A stretch of 64,000 nucleotides of DNA, from positions 2,136-66,135 of the forward strand of contig JAIPJQ010000002.1 in the NCBI GenBank assembly GCA_021734065.1. The letters are read 5' to 3'. How positions within the stretch are numbered: the stretch's first letter is position 1; the number at the start of each line of letters is the position of its first letter. Under the pieces are notes generated by a model. That model saw nothing but the letters and a program-made list of their open reading frames with translations, was not told the origin of the DNA and searched no databases. The translations under genes were made by a program, and so were the position numbers. The stretch is from Fidelibacterota bacterium. Its GTDB lineage: Bacteria > Fidelibacterota > UBA8477. Shown piece by piece: positions 26,877 through 37,254 of the stretch.

Positions 26877-27466
26877 AGGGGATTTCTTTCCTCCAGTGCG
26901 CGTCCCAAGGTGGCTTCGTCAATATACTCCAGATCGCCTCCCATGGGCACCCCCCTTGCCAGTCGTGTCATTTTTATCGGTCGCTCACGCAGTAAACGCG
27001 CCAGATACAGGGCTGTTGTTTCACCTTCAACGCTGGGATTCAGTGCAAGAATTACCTCGTCCACTGCATCGAGCCGTTGGATGAAGGATTCAATATTCAA
27101 CTGGTCCGGGCCAACTCCTTCCAGGGGAGAGAGAATCCCACCCAGAATATGATACTTTCCCCGGTACCGTCCGGTGCGCTCAATAGCCACCACATCCATG
27201 GTATCTTCCACCACGCAAATGACACTGCTATCCCGATTCGGATGGGCGCAAATAGGACAGGGATCAGTTTCTGCTATCAATCCACAGATACTGCATGTCC
27301 CGATTTTATCCACACTGGCTTTGATTAACTCGCCCAGACGGCGCACATCATCCGCCGGCCATTTCAGCAGATCGAACGCCATTCGCTGGGCAGTTTTCTT
27401 CCCAATTCCAGGGAACCGCGATAATTGTTCGGTTATAAGTTCCAGTGTTTCAGGAAGCAGCTTCAT
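26873..27466 (-). CDS. recR: Recombination mediator RecR
   Basis: PGIGKKTAQR, C4 zinc finger, YHILGG and Toprim motif EGETTA. Confidence 0.97.
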   Translation of the reverse strand: MKLLPETLELITEQLSRFPGIGKKTAQRMAFDLLKWPADDVRRLGELIKASVDKIGTCSICGLIAETDPCPICAHPNRDSSVICVVEDTMDVVAIERTGRYRGKYHILGGILSPLEGVGPDQLNIESFIQRLDAVDEVILALNPSVEGETTALYLARLLRERPIKMTRLARGVPMGGDLEYIDEATLGRALEERNPL

Positions 27467-27469
27467 GAA

Positions 27470-27799
27470 TTACATACCAGGAATTTTCATGCCGGGAGGT
27501 AACATACCACCGGTAATTTTCCCCATGTGCTCCTGGGCGGCCTCCTGGGCATTGGACAGCGCTTGATTCACCGCAGCCAGCACGAGATCTTCAATCATCT
27601 CTTTTTCATCCTGCAGCACTTCCGGGTCAATGGTCACCGCCAGCACTTCCATCTTCGCATTGGCACGAACGGTCACCATGCCACCACCGGCCGTTCCCTC
27701 CACCTCAATATTCACCAGCTCTTCCTGCGCTTCTGCCATCTTCTGTTGCATTTGCTGGGCTTGCTTCATCAAATTGCCCATTCCACCTTTAGGTAACAT
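27470..27799 (-). CDS. ybaB: Nucleoid-associated protein YbaB/EbfC
   Basis: MKQAQQMQ, GTAGGGMV and EDLVLAAVN. Sits between dnaX and recR. Confidence 0.95.
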   Translation of the reverse strand: MLPKGGMGNLMKQAQQMQQKMAEAQEELVNIEVEGTAGGGMVTVRANAKMEVLAVTIDPEVLQDEKEMIEDLVLAAVNQALSNAQEAAQEHMGKITGGMLPPGMKIPGM

Positions 27800-27840
27800 G
27801 GTATCTCCTCTATGCTCTGTAAATATCGTTCATTGGGTTG

Positions 27841-29553
27841 TTAATCTTTAATAATCTCCCCGTCAAACAGGCTCAATACATGCTGAGCCACCGGATGACT
27901 CCAGACCTCATCTTCTTTCTTGGGTTTGGGCTTGAAATCAGATCTGATTTCAAGACGGAAGGATACCGGTTGCTGGAAAACCGATTCCAATGCTTTTTTC
28001 AGCAAGTCCCGCTCTTTCTGTAGTTTTTCTACCTGAAAATCGTGCTCCGCACTGAAGAATACCTGCAGGGTGTTTTTCTTAAATCCCCCCGGTGCGCCCT
28101 CTTCCAGAAATGTGGCCAGCATGGGCTTCAATTGACGCATCGCAGCAACCACATCGAGCCATTTTTCCTGAATTCCCTCAAGTGTAAGCGGTTCCCTGGG
28201 AGCAGCTTCAGTAACGGTCTCAGCCTGGTTGTCAACGGCAGATTCACCATCGGCAACTTTCTGCTTTGGGGACTTTGGACTATCCGCTTTAACTTGCTGT
28301 GTATCAGCAGGTTTATCTGGATTAGCTTGTGCAGGTTTTTCGTGGTTTTTTTCGAATGAATCAGATTCCCAGGATGGAAATTCTACTTTGGGTTCACGGG
28401 TTCCAACCGGACTTTTTTTTTCCGGTGTGCTCATATTCCCCTGTAGCAATTCATCCAGGTGAATTGCCCGGGTCATCTTGGTCATTTTCACCAATAATAA
28501 TTCGGCTGCCACACGCTGATTGGTGGCTTGCCTGAGTTGCTGGAGCGTATCAATCGTCATATTCTGGATGCGAATCAGGTCGCGCTCATCAAAGAGCTTA
28601 CTCTGTGTCATCATCCGTTCCTTCACCGACTCGGTCAAGTTGAGTAAATCAGTGCTGCTGGTGAGCCGTACAATCAGCAGTGAGCGCACATGTTCAGCCA
28701 GGCCGGTAAGGAATTCCCCCACATCGGCTCCGCCGGACAACAATTCATCCAGAGCATTCAAAATCACATCCGACGACTGGCTGGCGATGGCATCCATGGT
28801 ATTAAAATAGATTTCCACATCCACAATGCCCAGAACCTGCCGCACCGTATTCAAATCAATGTCCTCAGGAGCAAATGCGATAACCTGATCCAGTAGACTC
28901 TGCGCATCCCGCAAACTGCCGTCCGCTTTGTTAGCGATAAGGATCAGGGAATCCATATCTGCCTGAATATGCTCTTCGGTACAGATATCCTGGAGCTGTT
29001 TCACCATGTCCCGACTGCCGATGCGTTTGAAGTCAAAGCGCTGACAGCGAGAAAGAATCGTGGCAGGGACTTTGTGGGGTTCTGTTGTGGCAAAAATAAA
29101 CAACACATGCTCCGGTGGTTCTTCCAGCGTTTTCAATAAAGCGTTGAAGGCTTCCTTGGTGAGCATGTGGATTTCGTCAATGATATAAACCCGGTATTTG
29201 GAATGTGTGGGTGGATATTTTACAACTTCCCGTAATTCGCGGATGGAATCAATTCCCCGGGTGGAGGCGCCATCAATTTCCTGCACATCCATACTGCGCC
29301 CTTCTGTAATCTCCGTGCAATGCACACACTGATTACAGGGCTCGCTATTGGTGGGCGATTCGCAATTCAGCGCTTTAGCCAGAATTCGGGCAGTGGTGGT
29401 TTTTCCGACGCCCCGGGGGCCGGTGAAGATGTATCCCTGCCCCAGGCGGTCCCGATGAATGGCATTCCGTATGGTAACGGTGACATGCTCCTGCCCCACA
29501 ACATCAGCAAACTGCTGGGGACGGTATTTAATGGATAGGACTTTATAGGACAT
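27841..29553 (-). CDS. dnaX: DNA polymerase III subunit tau (and probably gamma)
   Basis: KYRP, GPRGVGKTT, Zn Cys cluster, DEIHML, NALLKTLEEPP and SRC. Confidence 0.97.
   Translation of the reverse strand: MSYKVLSIKYRPQQFADVVGQEHVTVTIRNAIHRDRLGQGYIFTGPRGVGKTTTARILAKALNCESPTNSEPCNQCVHCTEITEGRSMDVQEIDGASTRGIDSIRELREVVKYPPTHSKYRVYIIDEIHMLTKEAFNALLKTLEEPPEHVLFIFATTEPHKVPATILSRCQRFDFKRIGSRDMVKQLQDICTEEHIQADMDSLILIANKADGSLRDAQSLLDQVIAFAPEDIDLNTVRQVLGIVDVEIYFNTMDAIASQSSDVILNALDELLSGGADVGEFLTGLAEHVRSLLIVRLTSSTDLLNLTESVKERMMTQSKLFDERDLIRIQNMTIDTLQQLRQATNQRVAAELLLVKMTKMTRAIHLDELLQGNMSTPEKKSPVGTREPKVEFPSWESDSFEKNHEKPAQANPDKPADTQQVKADSPKSPKQKVADGESAVDNQAETVTEAAPREPLTLEGIQEKWLDVVAAMRQLKPMLATFLEEGAPGGFKKNTLQVFFSAEHDFQVEKLQKERDLLKKALESVFQQPVSFRLEIRSDFKPKPKKEDEVWSHPVAQHVLSLFDGEIIKD
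28413..28421 (-). other. A9 slippery run in dnaX (candidate recoding site producing gamma)
   Basis: GAA AAA AAA AGT at codons 378-381. Both alternative frames stop within about 10 codons. Confidence 0.6.
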
Positions 29554-29589
29554 GCTGTCAAATGCTTTTGGGTTGCCGGGTTATGGTTG

Positions 29590-29800
29590 AACCGATTCGA
29601 GAGTCTCTTCGCATGCGAGCCGTTGCCTGTTCCTGCCCGGGCATCCTCCCGGCACATGGTTTCGCCACTTACCGCTGCTTCCTTCCGGACCTGACGGGGT
29701 TCAGCAGGATTCCATTGCGAGAGACCCGGAGCAGGAACAGGCATCAGCCCGTAAGTCGGACATAATTTCCGTTCTGAATTAACTCCTGAAATCGGCTGAC
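29590..29800 (-). ncRNA. ffs: Signal recognition particle RNA (core about 29617-29750, likely extended)
   Basis: Minus strand carries the helix 8 motif GTCAGGTCCGGAAGGAAGCAGC, enclosed by a long stem TGCCTGTTCCTGC/GCAGGAACAGGCA. Canonical position upstream of dnaX. Outer ends are approximate. Confidence 0.92.
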
Positions 29801-29812
29801 AAAAAGCTTGGA

Positions 29813-29841
29813 AATGTAAACGGCGGCTTCACCTCTTCCAA
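29813..29841 (-). promoter_or_regulatory. Putative sigma70 promoter of ffs-dnaX
   Basis: TTGGAA-N17-TACATT on the minus strand, just 5' of the extended SRP stem. Confidence 0.5.
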
Positions 29842-29873
29842 GTCGGAAGCAGATTCAACCGGAATTTATTGAA

Positions 29874-31847
29874 TTACTGCAGCAGCTCTTTGATTTTTTC
29901 ACTGCTGAATCCGAATTCAGAAAAAATGCGCTCCGCAGGCGCAGAAGCGCCAAATGTGGTCATCGCCAGAATATTCCCCTGAGCGCCCACAAATTCATGC
30001 CATCCCAGCGGCGAACCGGCCTCCACGGCTAATCGTTTGCTGATTCCGGGCAACAAAACATCATCACGATACGCTGCCGGTTGTCTGCGGAATAATTCCC
30101 AACTGGGCATGGAAACGACCCGGGTCGCTTTTCCGGCGGCTGTGAGTTCCCGGGCAGCTTCCAGTGCAATACCCACCTCCGATCCTGTGGCAATGATCAA
30201 CCGCTCCGGATCATCGGCATCCAAAAGTGTGTACCCACCCCGGGCAACCGCATCAGTGGGAATTTTTGGTAACGCTGCCGTCTTCTGGCGGGTAAAAACC
30301 AGGACCGTGGGACCATCTTTCCGCTCCAATGCAATTTGCCAAGCCTGAGCGGTTTCCTGTCCATCGGCCGGTCTTATAACCACAAGGTTCGGAATAGCCC
30401 GTAACATGGCCAGTTGTTCAATCGCCTGGTGTGTGGGACCATCTTCCCCCACACCGATGCTGTCATGGGTAAAAATGAAGATACTGGGCAATTTCATCAA
30501 TGCCGCTAATCGGATTGCCGGTTTCATATAGTCAGCGAACACCAGGAATGTCCCGCCGTAGGCGCGTAAGCCGCTGAGGGTGAGTCCATTCACAATAGCA
30601 CCCATAGCGTGCTCACGCACACCAAAATGGAGATTGGGACCGGCGTAGCTACCGTACGCAAAATCAGCGGCATCATTGATATTGGTCTTATTGGAGGGTG
30701 CCAGATCGGCTGAGCCGCCCAGCAATCCGGGGAAAAATGGCTTCACCGCATTCAACGCTTTACCGTTGGCCGCCCGGGTAGCCATGCCGGTTTCCGGCTC
30801 CATTAATCCATCTAAGGCTTCCCGCCAGCCGATTTTTCCTTCACCGGTTAACAGTTGTGTCAATTCCGCGGCATCATCAGGAAATTGCTCCTGATACGAC
30901 TGCCACATTTTCTGCCAGCGTTCATAAGCCCGCATGCCCCGTTCACCGGCTTTCTCAAAATGACCACGCACAGCATCCGGTATATAAAAGGGCTGAGTGT
31001 GCTGCCAACCCAGTGTCTCTTTCACCAATGCAATTTCGTCCTCCCCCAGTGGCGCACCATGGGCATCGGCGGAATCCACTTTGTTGGGACTGCCAAAACC
31101 GATGTGGGTTTTGCAGATCACCAGCGTGGGTTTGGTGTCATCAGCCATCCCCATTCGAATGGCATTTTCCACGGCGGTAATGTCATTTCCGTCCACGAGC
31201 CCTGTCACATGCCAGCGGTATCCTTCAAAACGCTTCCGCACATCATCGGAGCAGGTCAATGAAGTGGCGCCTTCGATCTGGATATTGTTGTCATCGTAGA
31301 GAAAAATCAGTCGGCCGAGTTTTAAATGTCCCGCCAGGCTGGCGGCTTCTCCCGTAATGCCTTCCTGCATGTCTCCGTCACCCATGAGTCCAAAAATAAA
31401 ATGGTCAAACAACTTGTGTTTGGGGCGATTAAACCGGGCGCCCAGGTGCGCCTGAGCCATGGCCATCCCCACCGCCTGGGCAAATCCCTGTCCCAACGGT
31501 CCGGTGGTGGTTTCCACGCCGGGAGTGAGTCCATATTCAGGATGTCCGGGTGTGATACTGTCCCACTGCCTAAATTGCTTGATATCGTCAAGACTCAATG
31601 CATAACCGCTGAGATGCAATAAACTATACAGGAGCATGGACGCGTGCCCTGCAGACAGGACGAACCGGTCGCGATTCAACCACTCCGGATCCCGGGCATT
31701 GAAACGCATGATCCGATGGAAAAGTGTGAACCCCAAAGGCGCCGCCCCCATGGGAGCGCCGGGATGACCCGAATTGGCTTTCTGTACCGCTTCTGCTGAT
31801 AAAATCCGAATCGTATTTATGCTCAATTCATCAATTTTGGATACCAT
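29874..31847 (-). CDS. tkt: Transketolase
   Basis: [35 protein letters not shown] and GEDGPTHQ. Confidence 0.97.
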   Translation of the reverse strand: MVSKIDELSINTIRILSAEAVQKANSGHPGAPMGAAPLGFTLFHRIMRFNARDPEWLNRDRFVLSAGHASMLLYSLLHLSGYALSLDDIKQFRQWDSITPGHPEYGLTPGVETTTGPLGQGFAQAVGMAMAQAHLGARFNRPKHKLFDHFIFGLMGDGDMQEGITGEAASLAGHLKLGRLIFLYDDNNIQIEGATSLTCSDDVRKRFEGYRWHVTGLVDGNDITAVENAIRMGMADDTKPTLVICKTHIGFGSPNKVDSADAHGAPLGEDEIALVKETLGWQHTQPFYIPDAVRGHFEKAGERGMRAYERWQKMWQSYQEQFPDDAAELTQLLTGEGKIGWREALDGLMEPETGMATRAANGKALNAVKPFFPGLLGGSADLAPSNKTNINDAADFAYGSYAGPNLHFGVREHAMGAIVNGLTLSGLRAYGGTFLVFADYMKPAIRLAALMKLPSIFIFTHDSIGVGEDGPTHQAIEQLAMLRAIPNLVVIRPADGQETAQAWQIALERKDGPTVLVFTRQKTAALPKIPTDAVARGGYTLLDADDPERLIIATGSEVGIALEAARELTAAGKATRVVSMPSWELFRRQPAAYRDDVLLPGISKRLAVEAGSPLGWHEFVGAQGNILAMTTFGASAPAERIFSEFGFSSEKIKELLQ

Positions 31848-31958
31848 ATCAACCCTATTCTTCTGATTTATAATGACTTACCAGTCCAAGGTCACACACG
31901 GTGAAAATGGAGGTATTGCGTGGGCAAAACCTTCATTAACATGCCCTCGCCAATGCTG

Positions 31959-33293
31959 CTATACTTTCCATAAATCCTCTTTTTCAAAAAATCGCTGCAA
32001 AACTTTGATCATCATGGCTGAATCAGCCGAGCCGCATGTCTCCCGCACCGAATGCATGCTCAACATGGCCGTTCCCACATCCACCACCGGAATTCCCAAG
32101 TTCGTGGCAGTGATGGGGCCAATGGTTGACCCACAGGGTAAATCCGTGCGATGGATATAATGCTGAACCGGGACAGACACATCTTTGCACAGTGTTTTGA
32201 AAATTGCTGTGGTATCACTATCCGTGGCATATCGCTCGCGGGCGCTGTGCTTGATCACCGGACCACCGTTCATCTGTACCTGATGCTGACTGTCATGATA
32301 TTCGGCATAATTGGGATGCACAGCGTGTGCTCCGTCTGCTGAGATGCAGAAAGTTTTTGCCAACCCGCGCTGAAACGCATGGTCCGGGCGTTTTCCCGAT
32401 TCCAGCACGCGCTGAACCACGTGACGGATAAAGGGCGACGCCCCACCGGCAGCCGTATTGGAACCCACCTCTTCGTTATCAAACATGACCATCATACTGG
32501 TCGCGGCAGGTGTCTTTTTCACCTGTTGTAATGCCACCAATTGCGCATGACACATGGCCAGATTATCGATACGGCCACTGAAAATGAAATCGTCTTTCAA
32601 TCCACCCAATTGCCCCGGCTGCAAGTCAATCAGTTCCAATTCCCAACTCACGATGTTTTCAGGCTGAACCTGCAATTCTTCACTTATGATATCATTGATA
32701 ACCGACTGTCTATCAACCACTTCATCTGCATTTGATAAAGTCACAATTGGTGGGATGTGCTGTTGCTGATTTAACACCAATCCTTCATCGTTCACCTTCC
32801 GGTTCAGATGAATCGCCAGTTGGGCAATGCGCAGAATGGGTCGTTTGATCCATACCGGCATCGCCTGAATCGTACCTGCTTTTTCCACCAATACCCGCCC
32901 GGCTATGGATAAATCCCGGTCTGTCCAGGAAGCGATGAGCGGACCGCCGTAAACTTCGATCCCAAATTGCAGGTACCCAGCTTTGGTATAGGCCGCGTTT
33001 GGCTTAATCCGGAATCCGGGTGAATCCGAATGCGCACCAATGAGCCGAATGCCCGATTCCCATGCCGGTTGTTTCCCCATCTGCCAGGCAATTAGTGCCG
33101 TATCTGAACGGCTGGTGTAGTACTTTCCACCGGCTTCCAGCCGCCATTCGTCCTCTTCATTCAATTCCTTGTATCCGCTGTTATTCAACCGGTTACGGGT
33201 TTCGATTACAGCATGGTAAGCCGTGGGACTGGCATTGATAAACGCCAGTAAATCTTTAGCGGTCTTCATTGCACGATCTGTTTTGCCACTCAT
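31959..33293 (-). CDS. M18 family (aspartyl) aminopeptidase
   Basis: SPTAYHA, GAHSDSP, RIDNL, DNEEVGS, HAVHPNY, GSTIGP and MHSVRE. Start at ATG 33293 with AAGGA RBS. Confidence 0.93.
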   Translation of the reverse strand: MSGKTDRAMKTAKDLLAFINASPTAYHAVIETRNRLNNSGYKELNEEDEWRLEAGGKYYTSRSDTALIAWQMGKQPAWESGIRLIGAHSDSPGFRIKPNAAYTKAGYLQFGIEVYGGPLIASWTDRDLSIAGRVLVEKAGTIQAMPVWIKRPILRIAQLAIHLNRKVNDEGLVLNQQQHIPPIVTLSNADEVVDRQSVINDIISEELQVQPENIVSWELELIDLQPGQLGGLKDDFIFSGRIDNLAMCHAQLVALQQVKKTPAATSMMVMFDNEEVGSNTAAGGASPFIRHVVQRVLESGKRPDHAFQRGLAKTFCISADGAHAVHPNYAEYHDSQHQVQMNGGPVIKHSARERYATDSDTTAIFKTLCKDVSVPVQHYIHRTDLPCGSTIGPITATNLGIPVVDVGTAMLSMHSVRETCGSADSAMMIKVLQRFFEKEDLWKV

Positions 33294-33297
33294 GGTG

Positions 33298-34398
33298 CTA
33301 TCCTTTGCGCACAAATTGTTTTCCCGGAAGCTGTTGAGCCAATCCCTTCAGCTCCAATTGCAGTAACGTACCCAACAGGGCAAATGTGGTGGTATCCAGT
33401 TTCTCCGCTAACTGGTCAATGTGCTGCGGTTCACTGTTCAGCGCCTCAAAAATTCGCGCTTCTTCCCCCTCCAGCCCGATGGGCATTGCCATCTGTCCCT
33501 GGGATACACCCAGGCCAAACCGACCACCAATTTCCTGTAAAACATCCTCAATACCGGTCACCAGCTTCGCGCCCTGTTGAATAAGCCGATTGGTCCCCAT
33601 ACTCTGACTATTGTAAATAGAACCCGGTACGGCAAAAACCTCCCGATTCTGATCCAATGCCATATAGGCTGTGATCAACGCGCCACTTTTCGCCCCGGCT
33701 TCCACCACCACGATTCCCTGGGATAATCCACTGATAATGCGATTCCGGCGGGGAAAATTGGGCGCGTCCGGCTTGGTGCCAACCATGAACTCCGACAATA
33801 GCAGGCCATTGGACACCATTTTTTCAAACAGGTGGCGATTTTCCGCGGGATACACCCGATCCACACCGCATCCCAGCACCGCGATGGTGGATGCTTCGTA
33901 CCGCAACGCTGTTTCATGGGCGGTGGTGTCCACACCACGCGCAAACCCACTTACCACAGTCACGCCGGCCTCCGCCAGCCCCTGAGTCAATTCCCTGGTA
34001 ACCCGCTTTCCGGCAGATGTGGGCGCCCGGGTGCCCACTATTCCCAGCATGGGATTTTGCAGTAATTCAATATTTCCCCGATAGAACAACACCACTGGTG
34101 GATCATAAATGCGTTTCAGTGGCTCGGGAAATTCATCGTCCAGAAAGGAGAGAATGCCCACCTCGAACTTTTCCAGCAGCTTCACCTGACCATCGAGCAA
34201 TTCCGTATCCGGTGGTGCCAAAATACTTTTCACCAATCCCTCATGAATGCCGGGGGTTTTGCATAAAATTTTCGGGGATGTGTTGAAAATGGCTTCCGGA
34301 TTCCCCACATGGTGCAGCAGGTCAATCGCTTTGCGCGGACCCACACCTGGCACCGCCAAGAGGCGCAGTAGGGCAATTTGGTGATCAGTCAGCTGCAA
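33298..34398 (-). CDS. dprA: DNA-processing protein DprA
   Basis: IVGTR, VSGFARGVD, FPRRNRIISGL, SGALIT and a C-terminal LLQLELKG. Confidence 0.96.
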   Translation of the reverse strand: MQLTDHQIALLRLLAVPGVGPRKAIDLLHHVGNPEAIFNTSPKILCKTPGIHEGLVKSILAPPDTELLDGQVKLLEKFEVGILSFLDDEFPEPLKRIYDPPVVLFYRGNIELLQNPMLGIVGTRAPTSAGKRVTRELTQGLAEAGVTVVSGFARGVDTTAHETALRYEASTIAVLGCGVDRVYPAENRHLFEKMVSNGLLLSEFMVGTKPDAPNFPRRNRIISGLSQGIVVVEAGAKSGALITAYMALDQNREVFAVPGSIYNSQSMGTNRLIQQGAKLVTGIEDVLQEIGGRFGLGVSQGQMAMPIGLEGEEARIFEALNSEPQHIDQLAEKLDTTTFALLGTLLQLELKGLAQQLPGKQFVRKG

Positions 34399-35377
34399 TC
34401 GTCTCCGCCAGGTATTTGATCAACGCGTCCAAGCCGGTTCTATTCAGCGAACTGATGGGAAATACTGGGATATTTTCCGGAAATTCAATTTCAGGAACCT
34501 CTGTGACAGAATCAATTTTTGTCACGGCAATGGCGCGCGGCTTTTTCATCATCCGGTCATTATACTGGGACAATTCGTGGACGAGTTTTTCATAGGTAGC
34601 CAGGGGTTCCGGGTCGTTCACATCCACCATGAATAGCAGAACCTTGGTGCGCTCCACATGCCGTAAGAAACGATCGCCCAGACCTTTACCCTTATGGGCA
34701 CCTTCAATCAAGCCGGGGATATCCGCCATTAAAAAACTGGTATATTCACCCGATTTCACAATGCCCAGATTGGGTACCAGCGTGGTAAATGGATAATCGG
34801 CCACTTTAGGCCGGGCTTTTGATACGACCGATAATAAGGTGGATTTTCCGGCATTGGGGAATCCCACCAAGCCCACATCCGCTAACAGTTTTAATTCCAG
34901 ACTGATCGCCCGAAATTCGCCCGGTTTCCCCTCTTCCGCGCGCCGCGGCGTTTGGTGGGTGGAGGATGCAAAATGGGCATTACCACGCCCGCCCTGACCA
35001 CCGTGTGCAACAATAATCTCGTCCTCCGCGAGTTGCAGATCTGCGATAATCTCTTCCGATTTTTCATCTTTTACAATGGTTCCCGGCGGTACCTGGATGA
35101 TCAGATCCTGCCCGCTGCGACCATTTTTCCGGCTTCCCTCGCCATGCCGGCCGGCTGGTGCCTTGTACTGCTTATGGTAGCGGATGTCCTGAAGTGTGTG
35201 AAGTTGCGGATTCACAGAGAGGATAACATTGCCCCCATTTCCGCCATCGCCGCCGGAGGGACCGCCTTTGGGAACGAATTTTTCACGCCGGAAAGCCACC
35301 ACACCATTCCCGCCACGGCCACCTTCCGTCGTGATACGAACAAAATCGATAAATACAAAGCCACCGTCAGTACTCAT
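34385..35377 (-). CDS. obgE: GTPase ObgE
   Basis: Gly-rich Obg domain (FRREKFVPKGGPSGGDGG), GFPNAGKST, YPFTT, DIPG and TKID. Confidence 0.97.
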   Translation of the reverse strand: MSTDGGFVFIDFVRITTEGGRGGNGVVAFRREKFVPKGGPSGGDGGNGGNVILSVNPQLHTLQDIRYHKQYKAPAGRHGEGSRKNGRSGQDLIIQVPPGTIVKDEKSEEIIADLQLAEDEIIVAHGGQGGRGNAHFASSTHQTPRRAEEGKPGEFRAISLELKLLADVGLVGFPNAGKSTLLSVVSKARPKVADYPFTTLVPNLGIVKSGEYTSFLMADIPGLIEGAHKGKGLGDRFLRHVERTKVLLFMVDVNDPEPLATYEKLVHELSQYNDRMMKKPRAIAVTKIDSVTEVPEIEFPENIPVFPISSLNRTGLDALIKYLAETIAAD

Positions 35378-35430
35378 GGTCGTTTACAATATCTTGGTTT
35401 AGGTAAAAAATACAATGATTGTTTGATTAA

Positions 35431-35910
35431 TTACGGAGAGCTCTGCATTTTTTGACGGAGGATCTCGTCATTTTCCAGTGCATTGGCCACCAACTCCCTC
35501 GATGCGTCTTCATGGAGCTTCAAAAGCACCCAATATTTGCCACCGCTTGAATAGGTATCTTCAATCTGTGTTTCCAGTAGCAACATGTCCAACATCGCGG
35601 GTAAAATTTGCTTCAGGTAAAAATACTGTTCCTCGTTGATCATTCCGGCCCGACTCACCACATAATTTTCCATCCACGCCAGGACCATGGGTTGCAGAGC
35701 CTTACTCATCTCGTCCCGTCCCTGTTGAGCAGCCAGTTCAGCGCCATTCTCCCGACCTTCCTGAATACCGATCGCATAAAAATATCCCGGCAAAACCGGA
35801 TCGCGCTGTGTCCAGGCTGGAGGCGTACGCAACAGGTTCCCGGATTGACTGCAAGCAGTTAATCCAACCAGAGCCATCGTTAAAATCGCAATCTGTAAGC
35901 GTCGCGCCAT
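35431..35910 (-). CDS. Predicted lipoprotein (LPP20-like)
   Basis: Lipobox GLTA-C, then P.W...YFYAIG...A...GR.EM, the pattern seen in LPP20-like lipoproteins. GGAGG RBS. Confidence 0.6.
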   Translation of the reverse strand: MARRLQIAILTMALVGLTACSQSGNLLRTPPAWTQRDPVLPGYFYAIGIQEGRENGAELAAQQGRDEMSKALQPMVLAWMENYVVSRAGMINEEQYFYLKQILPAMLDMLLLETQIEDTYSSGGKYWVLLKLHEDASRELVANALENDEILRQKMQSSP

Positions 35911-35990
35911 GCCACCTCCCGGATGAATGAAAAATCTATTTATCGTAAATAATATAGACTGTCAGTTATGCCATCTCCAACCACTGGTCG

Positions 35991-37175
35991 CTACCGAACG
36001 CGCAAAATAAAACCCTTCAGATAGCGTGACTCAGGAAAAGCCAGCCGAATGGGGTGATCCGGTGCCTGACCGAGCTGTTCCAGGATCTGGACATCCCGCC
36101 CGGCGTCCAGCGCTGCGTAATGCAAAATGCGTTGGAAATGCTCCCGACTCAGTGATCCCGAGCAGGAAAATGTTACCAGGATTCCATCCCGATTCACCAA
36201 TTTCATGGCCCACAGGTTAATATCTTTGTAAGCGCGTTCAGCGTGTTTCAGCGTAGCACGCGTCGGCGCAAATTTGGGCGGATCAAGAATGATCACATCG
36301 AAAGAGCGGGCAGCATCCCGGTAGGTGCGTAATGCCTGAAAAACATCCCCTTCATCAATAGCAACCCGCGATTCATCAATATCATTTAATGCCAAATTCT
36401 GCTTCAGCATCTCCAAGGCCGGTTGGGAAGTATCCAGAAAGCGTACAGATGTTGCCTGGGCATTAAGGGCGTGCAATCCAAACCCGCCCGTGTAACAGAA
36501 AGCATCCAACACCGATTTATCCTGACAATACCGGGCAACGGCGTGGCGATTTTGCGCCTGATCCAGGTAAAAACCGGTTTTTTGAGATTCGTCCGGTTGG
36601 AGCATGAAGCGGGTCTCCCCTTCTTGGATCATGATCTGACCGGGATCGGTCCCGTGATGCCACATAACCCGTGGGTCCAGACCTTCCAACTTCCGGACTT
36701 CCAGATCGCTGCGTTCCAGAATCCCGGCCGGTTGATATTGAGCTAAAAGGTGTTGTACAAGTATATCGAGCACCCGCTCCATTCCGGCACTGAGGATTTG
36801 CATCACCAGATAGTTCCCGAATGCATCCAGGATGAAGCCCGGCAGTTGATCCGATTCACTGAAAATGAGTCGTCGCGCTACATGAGGCTGAAGTTTTCCG
36901 TCCGGGAATCGCAGATGAATGGCGCGATCCATCTGATGCTCATACCACTGGCGATCAATACTGTCCGATTCATCCCAGGAGACCAGGCGTAAAGCGATTT
37001 TGGACTGGGGTGAGAAATGGGCGTATGCCAGAAATTGACCCGATTCATCCAGCACCTGAACAGTTTCACCCGACTGGGGCTCTCCGCTCATTTGAGCGAT
37101 ACCCTGACTGAAAACCCAGGGGTGAAAATGTCTGGCCTGGACGGCTGCTTTTGGTTTTAAATGCACTTTTATCAT
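35991..37175 (-). CDS. rlmI: Class I SAM-dependent rRNA methyltransferase (RlmI-like, 23S m5C1962)
   Basis: PUA-like HPWVF, QKTGFYLDQ, VLDAFCYTGGF, LDPPKF, FSCS, DHP and YLK. Confidence 0.85.
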   Translation of the reverse strand: MIKVHLKPKAAVQARHFHPWVFSQGIAQMSGEPQSGETVQVLDESGQFLAYAHFSPQSKIALRLVSWDESDSIDRQWYEHQMDRAIHLRFPDGKLQPHVARRLIFSESDQLPGFILDAFGNYLVMQILSAGMERVLDILVQHLLAQYQPAGILERSDLEVRKLEGLDPRVMWHHGTDPGQIMIQEGETRFMLQPDESQKTGFYLDQAQNRHAVARYCQDKSVLDAFCYTGGFGLHALNAQATSVRFLDTSQPALEMLKQNLALNDIDESRVAIDEGDVFQALRTYRDAARSFDVIILDPPKFAPTRATLKHAERAYKDINLWAMKLVNRDGILVTFSCSGSLSREHFQRILHYAALDAGRDVQILEQLGQAPDHPIRLAFPESRYLKGFILRVR

Positions 37176-37254
37176 TGTAGCGCTATCTTAATGTGTGAAC
37201 CAACATTCCATACACTTTTTATCACGCAGTCCCAGACTGAGAGAGGATTAGAAA

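Noticed and set aside
27306-27314. Perfect DnaA box TTATCCACA (also near 6956 and 59430)
   Set aside because: Isolated copies inside coding sequences, as expected by chance.
29367-29744. 125-aa minus-strand ORF upstream of and overlapping dnaX
   Set aside because: It is a spurious translation of the SRP RNA.
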